DNA of 64,000 bases from Planctomycetota bacterium (GTDB taxonomy: Bacteria; Planctomycetota; B15-G4). The first letter of the stretch is position 1; the number at the start of each line of letters is the position of its first letter. The stretch spans positions 266 to 64,265 of the forward strand of contig DASUFI010000217.1 of assembly GCA_036274635.1 (NCBI GenBank), in the 5' to 3' direction. The position numbers and the translations under genes are program-made. The notes beneath the pieces are model-generated. The model did no database searches. It worked only from the letters and a program-made list of their open reading frames with translations, and was not told where the DNA came from. Shown here one piece after another: positions 57,062-64,000 of this stretch.

Positions 57062-58384
57062 GTGCCTCCCATCGTCCGAGCCGTCGCCTTGAGCTCCGAA
57101 TCGTCCGCGAGTCCGCCGCCGGCCGGCACGCCGGCCGCCAAGCTCCCCGGCAAGGGCCCCGCCGTGCGCAGCGGTCCGCTGTCGGAGGTCGCCGCGGGCC
57201 TCGCACCCGGCCGCGTCTCCGGCGCCGCCGCCGTGGATCACGACGAGCAGGCCGGGCTGGTGCTGGGCGTCATCGTCCCCTGTCGCGACGAGGCGACCGT
57301 GATCGCGCGCAAGCTGCGCAACCTGGCGGCCTCGCGCTGGCCCTTCTCGCCGCGGCCGCACCAGATCGTGGTGGTGGACGACGGCAGTCGCGACGACACC
57401 TTCGAGCTGGCGACGCGGCTGTGCGCGGAGCTGTTCGCCAAGCCGGGCGGCACGACGCGCATGTCGGTGCCGGCCATCACGCACACGACGCCGGCCGCCG
57501 CGCGCGTCATCCGCAACACGGAAAGGCCCGGCAAGGCGGGCGCCCTGCGCGCCGCGATCGTTGAGCTGGGCAGCACGGTGGACCTGCTCGTGTCCACGGA
57601 CGCAGACGTCATCCTGCGCCCGACCTCGCTGCTCATGCTCGAGCCCGAGTTCCGCAGCCGCCCGGACCTGGGGATGGCCTGCGGCCGGCAGGAGCTGGTG
57701 CGCGACCTGCTGGACGACGGCAGCTGCCGCGGCGCCGACGGCCGCGAGCCGACGCTCGTCACCGAGCCGTACGACCTGTGGAGCGAGCGCTTGCGCGCCT
57801 GGGAGAGCCGGCGCGGGCGGCTGTTCTCGGTGCACGGCCAGCTGCTCGCGTGGCGCGAGCGTCTGGGGCTGTGCCCGAGCGCCGGCGCGGCCGCCGACGA
57901 CGTGGACCTCATGTTCCAGGTGCGCGCCAAGGGGCTGCGGATCGAGCTGCTGACGGGCGCGACCTTCCTCGAGGTGAAGCCGCCGCCCGGACCGGCGCGC
58001 GACGCGTGGCGGCAGCGCCGCGCACAGGCCTGGCTGGCCGCGCTGCGCGATCGCCGGACGCCGCCGGGCGCGCCGGCCTTCGACCGCTGGCAGCTGGCCG
58101 CCTACCGCCGCGCGCACGTCGTGGCGTCGCCGGCGGTGCACCTGCTGGTGACGCTGCTGCTGCTGGTCGGCTGCGCGGCCCTCGGCGCGCTGACGTGGGG
58201 CGCGCCGGCCTTCTCGCTGCCGGGCGCGCTGGCGGGCTTCGGCGTGGGCGCGCTGCTGCTGGCGCTGCTGGCGGCCTCGCCCCTGGGGCGCGGCGCGCGC
58301 GCGGCCGTGAGCCAGTGGCCGGTGCTGCGCGCGGCGCGCGCGGCGGGCGCACCCGCCGATCGCTGGGAGACTCGGCGGGGCTGA
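57062..58384 (+). CDS. Family 2 glycosyltransferase with C-terminal transmembrane region
   Basis: The GT-A motifs are GVIVPCRDEATVI, VVVDDGSRDDT and a DxD-like TDADV. The C-terminus has three or four transmembrane helices. The proposed GTG start at 57062 has GGAG 11 nt upstream but is uncertain. Confidence 0.75.
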   Translation: MPPIVRAVALSSESSASPPPAGTPAAKLPGKGPAVRSGPLSEVAAGLAPGRVSGAAAVDHDEQAGLVLGVIVPCRDEATVIARKLRNLAASRWPFSPRPHQIVVVDDGSRDDTFELATRLCAELFAKPGGTTRMSVPAITHTTPAAARVIRNTERPGKAGALRAAIVELGSTVDLLVSTDADVILRPTSLLMLEPEFRSRPDLGMACGRQELVRDLLDDGSCRGADGREPTLVTEPYDLWSERLRAWESRRGRLFSVHGQLLAWRERLGLCPSAGAAADDVDLMFQVRAKGLRIELLTGATFLEVKPPPGPARDAWRQRRAQAWLAALRDRRTPPGAPAFDRWQLAAYRRAHVVASPAVHLLVTLLLLVGCAALGALTWGAPAFSLPGALAGFGVGALLLALLAASPLGRGARAAVSQWPVLRAARAAGAPADRWETRRG

Positions 58385-58409
58385 GGCCGCCCGGCGCAGA
58401 CGCGCTGCC

Positions 58410-59735
58410 TCAGTCGGCCGCGTGCAGCAGCTCGAGAGCCTGCTGGCCGGCCAGCGTGTGCGTGAGGTCCTGCTCGCCGGGCGCCTGCACGTCCGCCCAG
58501 CCCTCCTCCACCGCGGTGACGCAGTCGATCACGGCCAGCTCGCCCTGGCGCAGGTCCACCTGCCATTCGACGCGGCGCGGTGGCGCGCCGAGCGCGCTGT
58601 CCTGCAGCGTCACGTCCACGCGGTGCGCGCCGGGCAGGAGCGGCACGCGCAGCACGCGGAACTCCGCGGGCAGCAGCGTCCAGCAACGCGTGTCGGCGGG
58701 CAGCGCCTCGGCCAGCAGCTCGCCCGTGAGGAAGCCCGCGAGGTCGGCGAGGACGTCGCGCGTGGTGTCGTGGTGGTGGTCGTCGTCGTGGCGGATGGCG
58801 CGGGCGACGGCGTCGGAGGCGAAGGCGCGCGGCACGGCGGCCACCAGCGCGGCCGCCAGCAGGCGCGGCAGCTCGTCGTCGTAGCGGCGCAGCGCCTGCG
58901 CGCCCACGTCGAGCAGCGGCACCGGCACGCCGGCGAGGGCGTCGTCCACCTCCACCTCGATGCGCGCGTAGCCGCCGGGCCGCGCCACCAGCGCCGGGAA
59001 CTGCACGCGGCGCAGGGCGTGGTCCACCCACAGCCGCACGATGGCCTGCGCGCGCACCGGGGCGCGGCCGTTCTGCACGACCACGAGCAACGAGCCCTGG
59101 CCCGCGGCGGGCGGCGACTGCAGCGCGTCGAGGGCCGACAGGCGCGCGGGGTCGTCGTGGCACAGCTCGCGCGCGGAGCGGAAGGCGTCGTCCGCCTCGC
59201 CGCGCGCCCCGGCGTGCTGCAGCGCGACGCCGGCCAGCGCCCAGATGAGCACCGAGGCGTAGCGCTCGTCGTCGGGCAGGCCGGACTGCAGCAGCAGCAC
59301 GCGCGCACGGCGCGCCTCCACCGCGGCCTCCTGCGCCTGCCCCTCCACGAGGAAGCCGAGCAGCGCCTGCGCGTTGACCAGCAGGCGTTCGAAGCGCGTG
59401 GCGCGGTAGGGCTTCGGCTCGCGCGCGAAGACCCACTCGGCCAGCGTGTCGAGCGGCGCGCGGGTGTAGTCCAGCGTCTCGAGCTCGTCGTCGGCGTCCA
59501 CCAGCAGCGCGGACGCGTCGGCGTCGCGCCCGGCGGCGACCAGCGCGGAGGCCAGCTCGAGGCGCAGGACGTCGCGGTCCGGGCTGCTGCCCTCCTCGTC
59601 GAGCCGCTGCTGCAGCATGTCCGCCGCGCGGTCGGGATGGCCGCGGTAGAAGGCGCGCTGGTACGGCTCGGCGCGCACGTTGGCCGGCGCGTAGCAGCCG
59701 GCGGTCAGCAGCAGGCCGAGCAGCGCGGCGCGCAT
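58410..59735 (-). CDS. Lipoprotein, hypothetical
   Basis: The lipobox is MRAALLGLLLTAGC. It is a 441-aa mostly helical sequence with a His-rich patch HDDDHHHD. Confidence 0.6.
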   Translation of the reverse strand: MRAALLGLLLTAGCYAPANVRAEPYQRAFYRGHPDRAADMLQQRLDEEGSSPDRDVLRLELASALVAAGRDADASALLVDADDELETLDYTRAPLDTLAEWVFAREPKPYRATRFERLLVNAQALLGFLVEGQAQEAAVEARRARVLLLQSGLPDDERYASVLIWALAGVALQHAGARGEADDAFRSARELCHDDPARLSALDALQSPPAAGQGSLLVVVQNGRAPVRAQAIVRLWVDHALRRVQFPALVARPGGYARIEVEVDDALAGVPVPLLDVGAQALRRYDDELPRLLAAALVAAVPRAFASDAVARAIRHDDDHHHDTTRDVLADLAGFLTGELLAEALPADTRCWTLLPAEFRVLRVPLLPGAHRVDVTLQDSALGAPPRRVEWQVDLRQGELAVIDCVTAVEEGWADVQAPGEQDLTHTLAGQQALELLHAAD

Positions 59736-59745
59736 GGCCGGCGGC

Positions 59746-60360
59746 TCAGTAGTTCTCCTGCTTGGTGACGTCGACGCGCGTCTGGTGCATGAGCTGCAGC
59801 GTCGCGACGTCGGTCACGCGCAGGAAGATGTGGTACTGCACGCGGCGCACGTCGTCGCTCTTCTCCGTCGTGTCCCACACGCGCCCGGCCACGAAGTACT
59901 GGATGCCGAACTCCTTGCCCAGCGCCGCGGCCGTCTCCTTGTCCACGGCGTCGCCCGCGTCGCGCAAGCGCTCGGCCAGCACGGCGTCGCGCATGATGGT
60001 CGTGTTGTCGACCACGTGGAACAGGTTCGACTGCACCAGCTGCGTCTCGGCCGCGGTCAGCAGCGTGTCCAGCGCCCCCGAGATGTGCTCGGAGGTGGCG
60101 TTCTCGAAGCTGAGGATGGCGATGCCGGGCTTGCCGGGCGGCAGGCCCTTGACGAACTCGCTGCGCGCCAGCTGGTTGACCCACTCGGCCAGCGCGAGGT
60201 CGATGTCCTTGCTGTCGAGGCGCGTGGAGAGGGCCGGGCTGTCGATCTCCGGCTCCTCGGCCGCGCGCGAGTACTCCGGCCCGGAGCAGGCGGGCAGCAG
60301 GGCCACGGCCAGGAGCAGGGCGAGCGCGACGCGCGACGGACGGCCGGTCTCAGCGCACAT
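59746..60360 (-). CDS. LpoB-like lipoprotein (penicillin-binding-protein activator LpoB fold, PF13036-like)
   Basis: The lipobox is LLAVALLPAC. The pattern IAILSFENATSE...LFHVVDNTT...GIQYFVAGRVWDTT...VQYHIFLRVTDVATLQL resembles the LpoB C-terminal domain. Its start overlaps the upstream gene by 11 nt. Confidence 0.5.
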   Translation of the reverse strand: MCAETGRPSRVALALLLAVALLPACSGPEYSRAAEEPEIDSPALSTRLDSKDIDLALAEWVNQLARSEFVKGLPPGKPGIAILSFENATSEHISGALDTLLTAAETQLVQSNLFHVVDNTTIMRDAVLAERLRDAGDAVDKETAAALGKEFGIQYFVAGRVWDTTEKSDDVRRVQYHIFLRVTDVATLQLMHQTRVDVTKQENY

Positions 60361-61000
60361 CCACCACCTCCTCGTTGGGCCGCCCCTTGATGCGCTGCAG
60401 GCAGGCCTCGGCCGCGCGCGCGGCCTCCTTGATCTCGTCGTCGCCGCCGCCCAGATAGAGCCGGCCGTAGGCGCCGAAGCTCACCACCTCGAGCAGCCGG
60501 ATGGGCGCGGCCTTCTCGGCCTCGTTGGCGCACAAGAGCGCGTAGCCGGCCGGGTGCGTCTCCATGATGTACAGCGACTGGCCCTTGAGGATGCAGTCGC
60601 CGTGCCGCATGCGGTTGATGAGCATGGTCTGGTAGGCGTCGGTGCCGGTGATGATCTCCGACGTGACCACGCGCGGCGTGAGACGATCCTCCTCGGTGAG
60701 GCCGTGGTGGCGCAGGATGGCCTCGCCCGCCGCGCGCACGTCGCCCTGGTTGAAGGAGTGCAGCTCGAGGCAGCCGAAGGCGCGCTCGACGATCTGCATG
60801 CCCGGCGTCACGGAGGCGTTCTTGAGGGCCACGTCGGTGATGCGGTTGATGGCGATGCCCGGCTGCACCTCGACCATGAGCGCGGCCTGCTCCTCGATGG
60901 GCAGGTAGCCCTGAGCCACCGTGGCCAGGAAGCTCGCGAGCTGCGGCTGCAGCACGTCGAGGAAGGTGTACGTGCGCAGCGTGACGGCGGGGCTGGCCAT
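60350..61000 (-). CDS. Tandem BMC-domain protein (BMC-T-like bacterial microcompartment shell protein), orphan
   Basis: It has two ~100-aa repeats, each matching the BMC pattern: ALMVEVQPGIAINRITDVALKNASV ... GDVRAAGEAI and GYALLCANEAEKAAPIRLLEV ... YLGGGDDEIKEAARAAEA. No other microcompartment genes are in the window. Confidence 0.5.
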   Translation of the reverse strand: MASPAVTLRTYTFLDVLQPQLASFLATVAQGYLPIEEQAALMVEVQPGIAINRITDVALKNASVTPGMQIVERAFGCLELHSFNQGDVRAAGEAILRHHGLTEEDRLTPRVVTSEIITGTDAYQTMLINRMRHGDCILKGQSLYIMETHPAGYALLCANEAEKAAPIRLLEVVSFGAYGRLYLGGGDDEIKEAARAAEACLQRIKGRPNEEVVDVR

Positions 61001-61110
61001 GCGGATTCCCGGGGAGCGGAGCGGCCCGGCATCCTAGCAGCCGAGCGCCCGCCTTTCGCCGCGCGCGCGCATCGACCCGCGACGGGGGCCGCCGCTATCA
61101 TGGCGCCCCC

Positions 61111-62079
61111 ATGCACCTCGCGCGCCGGCCGCTCTCCACCGCCGCGCTGCTGCTGGCGATCCTCGCCGGCTGCGGCGAGGAGCACCACTACGCCGTGGAC
61201 CTGCAGGGCAACGCGCGGCGCGTGGACGAGAACGGCCAGCCGTTGCCGGGCCAGCCGGAGGTCATGGCCAAGGCCGACGCCGCAAGCAGCGGCCCGCTGC
61301 AGGTCGTCGTGCAGCTCGACCCGTCGCTGGGCGTCGATCCCTCCACCTTCAAGTGCCTCTTCCTGTGGGCCTCGAACGACCCGCGCGGCATGCCCGCGGT
61401 CGTCGACAAGGTGGAGCACCCGCAGCTGCCGTTGTCGCGCACGCTCGCGCCCGGCGGCGCGCACGGCACGACGCTGTCCGGCAACTACCAGATCTTCGCG
61501 CGCCTCGACGCGGATGGCGACGCGAGCGTGCAGATGGGCGACGTCGAGGGCCTCTCGTCGAGACCGTCCGCCGCGGGCGGCCCGCCGGTGACGGTGGTGC
61601 TCACGCGCCGCGTCACGACCGAGGACCTCGCGCCGGCGCCGCAGGCCCCGGCGGCGGCCGCCGCACCCTTGGCGCCCTTCGCGGGCGGCGGCATGGCCGA
61701 CCACGCGCCGTCGCCCGAGGACCTCGCCGGCCCGCGCTTCAAGGGCCGCGTCGAGCTGGCGCCGGAGTTCGCGGCGCTGGACGGCAAGTACAGCCTGTTC
61801 ATCATCCTGCGCAGCGCGACCTCGGGCGGCATGCCGCTGGCGCCGAAGAAGGTGGAGCGCGCGCAGTTCCCGGTGGCCTTCGACATCGGCACCGAGGCCG
61901 TGGCGCTCGACGTGGACAACAAGACCGAGCTGCTCTCGGGCGAGCTCAAGGTCTACGCGCGCCTCTCGCTCTCGGGCAACCCCATCGGCCAGCCCGGCGA
62001 CATCGAGAGCGAGCCCGTGATCACGCGCGCCGGACCGGACCCCATCGTGCTGACCCTGAACAAGAAGAAGGTTCCGTGA
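61111..62079 (+). CDS. Lipoprotein with internal duplication
   Basis: The lipobox is LLAILAGC. It has two homologous halves, each ending in ...YQIFARLDADGD... / ...LKVYARLSLSGNP... Confidence 0.6.
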   Translation: MHLARRPLSTAALLLAILAGCGEEHHYAVDLQGNARRVDENGQPLPGQPEVMAKADAASSGPLQVVVQLDPSLGVDPSTFKCLFLWASNDPRGMPAVVDKVEHPQLPLSRTLAPGGAHGTTLSGNYQIFARLDADGDASVQMGDVEGLSSRPSAAGGPPVTVVLTRRVTTEDLAPAPQAPAAAAAPLAPFAGGGMADHAPSPEDLAGPRFKGRVELAPEFAALDGKYSLFIILRSATSGGMPLAPKKVERAQFPVAFDIGTEAVALDVDNKTELLSGELKVYARLSLSGNPIGQPGDIESEPVITRAGPDPIVLTLNKKKVP

Positions 62080-63377
62080 ATCCCGCCCTGGCCGCCGCGC
62101 ACCGCGCGGCCCTCATGGCTGCGATGCAGGGCGGCGTGGCCGTCGTCTGCACGGGTCCCGAGCTGATCCGCAACCGCGACACGCACTTCCGCTTCCGGCC
62201 CGACTCCGACTTCTGGTACCTGACCGCCTTCCGCGAGCCCGACGCGGTGGCCGTGCTGCGCCCCGAGGCGACGAGCGAGCGCTTCGTGCTCTTCGTGCGG
62301 CCGCGCGACCCGGAGATGGAGACCTGGAACGGCCGCCGCGCCGGCGTCGAGGGCGCCGTCGCGCACTACGGCGCGGACGCGGCCTTCCCCATCGCCGCGC
62401 TGGACAAGGAGCTGCCGCGCCTGCTCAAGGGGCACGAGCGCCTGTACACCAGCGGCGGCCGCGACCCGGCCTTCGACGCCAAGCTGCTGGGCTGGATGCG
62501 CGACAGCCATCAGCGCAGCCGCGACGGCGTGCGCTTCCCCACGCAATTCGTGGAGCTGGGCGCCGTGCTGCACGAGCTGCGGCTGATCAAGTCGGCCGAG
62601 GAGCTCGAGGTCCTGCGCCGCGCGGCCGCGCTCACCAACGACGGCCACCGCGCCGCCGGGCGCGCCGTGAAGCCGGGCGTCGGCGAGTGGGAGCTCGAGG
62701 CCGCCATCGACGGCGCCTTCCGCCGCGGCGGGGGCTGGGGCCCGGGCTACCCCTCCATCGTCGCGTCCGGCGCCAACGCCACGATCCTGCACTACAACAC
62801 CAACGAGATGCGCGTGCCCGAGGGCGCGCTGCTGCTGGTGGACGCCGGCGCCGAGACCGACGGCTACACCGCCGACGTCACGCGCTGCTACCCCTCGGGT
62901 CGCAGCTTCACGCCCGAGCAGCGCGCGCTCTACGACGTCGTGCTGCGCGCGCAGCTGGCCGCCATCGCGCAGGTGCGGCCCGGCGTGCCCTTCCATTCCG
63001 TGCACGACGTGGCGCTGCGCGCGCTGGTCGAGGGCATGATCGAGCTGGAGCTGCTGCCGCGCGGCGTGGACGCGGCCATCGAGAGCGGCGCCTACAGGCG
63101 CGTGTACATGCACCGCACCAGCCACTGGCTGGGCATCGATGTGCACGACGTCGGCGCCTACTACCAGGCCGACGGCAGCAGCCGGCCGCTGCAGCCGGGC
63201 ATGGTGCTGACGGTCGAGCCGGGCCTCTACGTCGCCGCCGACGACGAGCGCTCGCCCGAGGCCCTGCGCGGCCTCGGCGTGCGCATCGAGGACGACGTGC
63301 TCGTCACGCCCGGCGGCCACGAGGTGCTCACCGCCGCCATCCCCAAGCTGCCCGCCGAGCTGGAGGCGCTGCGGTGA
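62076..63377 (+). CDS. pepP: Xaa-Pro aminopeptidase (M24B)
   Basis: The GTG start overlaps the upstream stop (GTGA). The M24 metal ligands are in context: D..D (LLLVDAGAETDGYTADVTR), HRTSHWLGIDVHD and LTVEPGLY..E motifs. Confidence 0.85.
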   Translation: MNPALAAAHRAALMAAMQGGVAVVCTGPELIRNRDTHFRFRPDSDFWYLTAFREPDAVAVLRPEATSERFVLFVRPRDPEMETWNGRRAGVEGAVAHYGADAAFPIAALDKELPRLLKGHERLYTSGGRDPAFDAKLLGWMRDSHQRSRDGVRFPTQFVELGAVLHELRLIKSAEELEVLRRAAALTNDGHRAAGRAVKPGVGEWELEAAIDGAFRRGGGWGPGYPSIVASGANATILHYNTNEMRVPEGALLLVDAGAETDGYTADVTRCYPSGRSFTPEQRALYDVVLRAQLAAIAQVRPGVPFHSVHDVALRALVEGMIELELLPRGVDAAIESGAYRRVYMHRTSHWLGIDVHDVGAYYQADGSSRPLQPGMVLTVEPGLYVAADDERSPEALRGLGVRIEDDVLVTPGGHEVLTAAIPKLPAELEALR

Positions 63378-64000
63378 GCGGCGCGCCCGCACGGCCGCCG
63401 ACGCCCGGCGCCGCCGACACGAGCGGCGACTGGTCGACGCTGCTCGCGCTGCGGTCGGAGTTCCCGATCCTGCAGCACACGACCTACCTCGTGAACCACT
63501 CGCTCGGCGCCATGCCGCGCAAGGTGCACGACCGGCTGCGCGAGTATGCCACGCTGTGGGAGACGCGCGGCATCCGCGCCTGGGCCGAGGGCTGGTGGAC
63601 GTCGCCGCTGGAGACCGGCAACCTCGTCGGCCGGATCCTCGACGCGCCCCCCGGCACGGTGGTCATGCACCAGAACGTGTCGGTCATCATGGGCCTCGTG
63701 GCCAGCGCGCTGGAGTTCGAGGCGCCGCGCAACCGTGTGGTCTACTCCGAGCTGAACTTCCCCTCGGTGATGTACGTGTGGGAGGCGCAGCGCCGGCGCG
63801 GGGCCGAGATCACCATGGTCAAGAGCCGCGACGGCGTGACGGTGGACACGCAGGACTTCCTCGACGCGCTGGACGAGCGCACGCTCATCGTTCCCCTCTC
63901 GCACGTGCTCTTCCAGAGCAGCTACCAGCAGGACCTGGCCGCCATCGTGCGCCGCGCGCACGAGGTGGGCGCGCTGGTGCTCGCGGACTGCTACCAGTCG
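63374..64000 (+). CDS. kynU: Kynureninase (aminotransferase class V fold), 3' partial
   Basis: The GTG start at 63374 overlaps the pepP stop. The N-terminal pattern is YLVNHSLGAMPRKVHDRLREYATLWETRGIRAWAEGWW ... VVYSELNFPSVMYVW ... LSHVLFQSSYQQDL. The ORF runs off the window end, which is why it is absent from the track. Confidence 0.75.
   Translation, partial: MSGAPARPPTPGAADTSGDWSTLLALRSEFPILQHTTYLVNHSLGAMPRKVHDRLREYATLWETRGIRAWAEGWWTSPLETGNLVGRILDAPPGTVVMHQNVSVIMGLVASALEFEAPRNRVVYSELNFPSVMYVWEAQRRRGAEITMVKSRDGVTVDTQDFLDALDERTLIVPLSHVLFQSSYQQDLAAIVRRAHEVGALVLADCYQS

Overview
This is a ~71% GC chromosomal segment. Gene content (many secreted proteins and lipoproteins, a MerR/B12 CarH-type regulator, B12-radical-SAM enzymes, a BMC-T shell protein) suggests a Myxococcota-like genome, but that is inference only. 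I count about 55 protein-coding genes, one tRNA-Asp(GTC), no rRNA, no CRISPR array and no transposase, integrase or IS element. Most of the long Arg/Ala/Pro/Gly-rich ORFs in the six-frame track are antisense or off-frame artefacts of the high GC content. I kept a gene where it showed family motifs, a signal peptide or transmembrane segments, ordinary amino-acid composition, and start/stop coupling to neighbours.

In window order: a 5'-partial DUF885 protein; a blaI-blaR1-like signalling operon whose M56 sensor peptidase carries an unusual repeat ectodomain, with a secreted paralogue of that ectodomain immediately downstream; an O-methyltransferase; modE-like plus modABC molybdate uptake genes and an HtrA-type protease; a secreted 40-residue-repeat protein divergent from a chrA gene that has an internal deletion and frameshift; a minus-strand run of PRC-barrel, bacterioferritin-like, HugZ-like, large secreted protein, di-haem cytochrome c peroxidase and alpha/beta hydrolase genes; tRNA-Asp; two large B12-binding radical SAM enzymes flanking a DUF4258/DUF2283 pair; a Reg_prop/Y_Y_Y sensor kinase with a LuxR-type response regulator, ending in a textbook bidirectional terminator; glgX and glgB; a divalent anion:Na+ symporter (DASS) family transporter; a DCC-thiol-oxidoreductase/lipase-maturation-factor fusion; and a CarH-type MerR/B12 regulator.

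The part I think most deserves follow-up is an unannotatable locus at 48.5-58.4 kb. It has a ParA/BY-kinase-like ATPase divergent from an operon encoding a coiled-coil protein, a MamK-like actin homologue and a lipoprotein, followed by a 46-aa membrane peptide, three tandem paralogous membrane-anchored SGNH-like proteins and a GT2 glycosyltransferase. An orphan tandem-BMC (BMC-T-like) shell protein co-oriented with an LpoB-like lipoprotein lies just after it.

All coordinates were checked by hand against the sequence. Family calls rest on recalled motifs, not on database searches, which I could not run.
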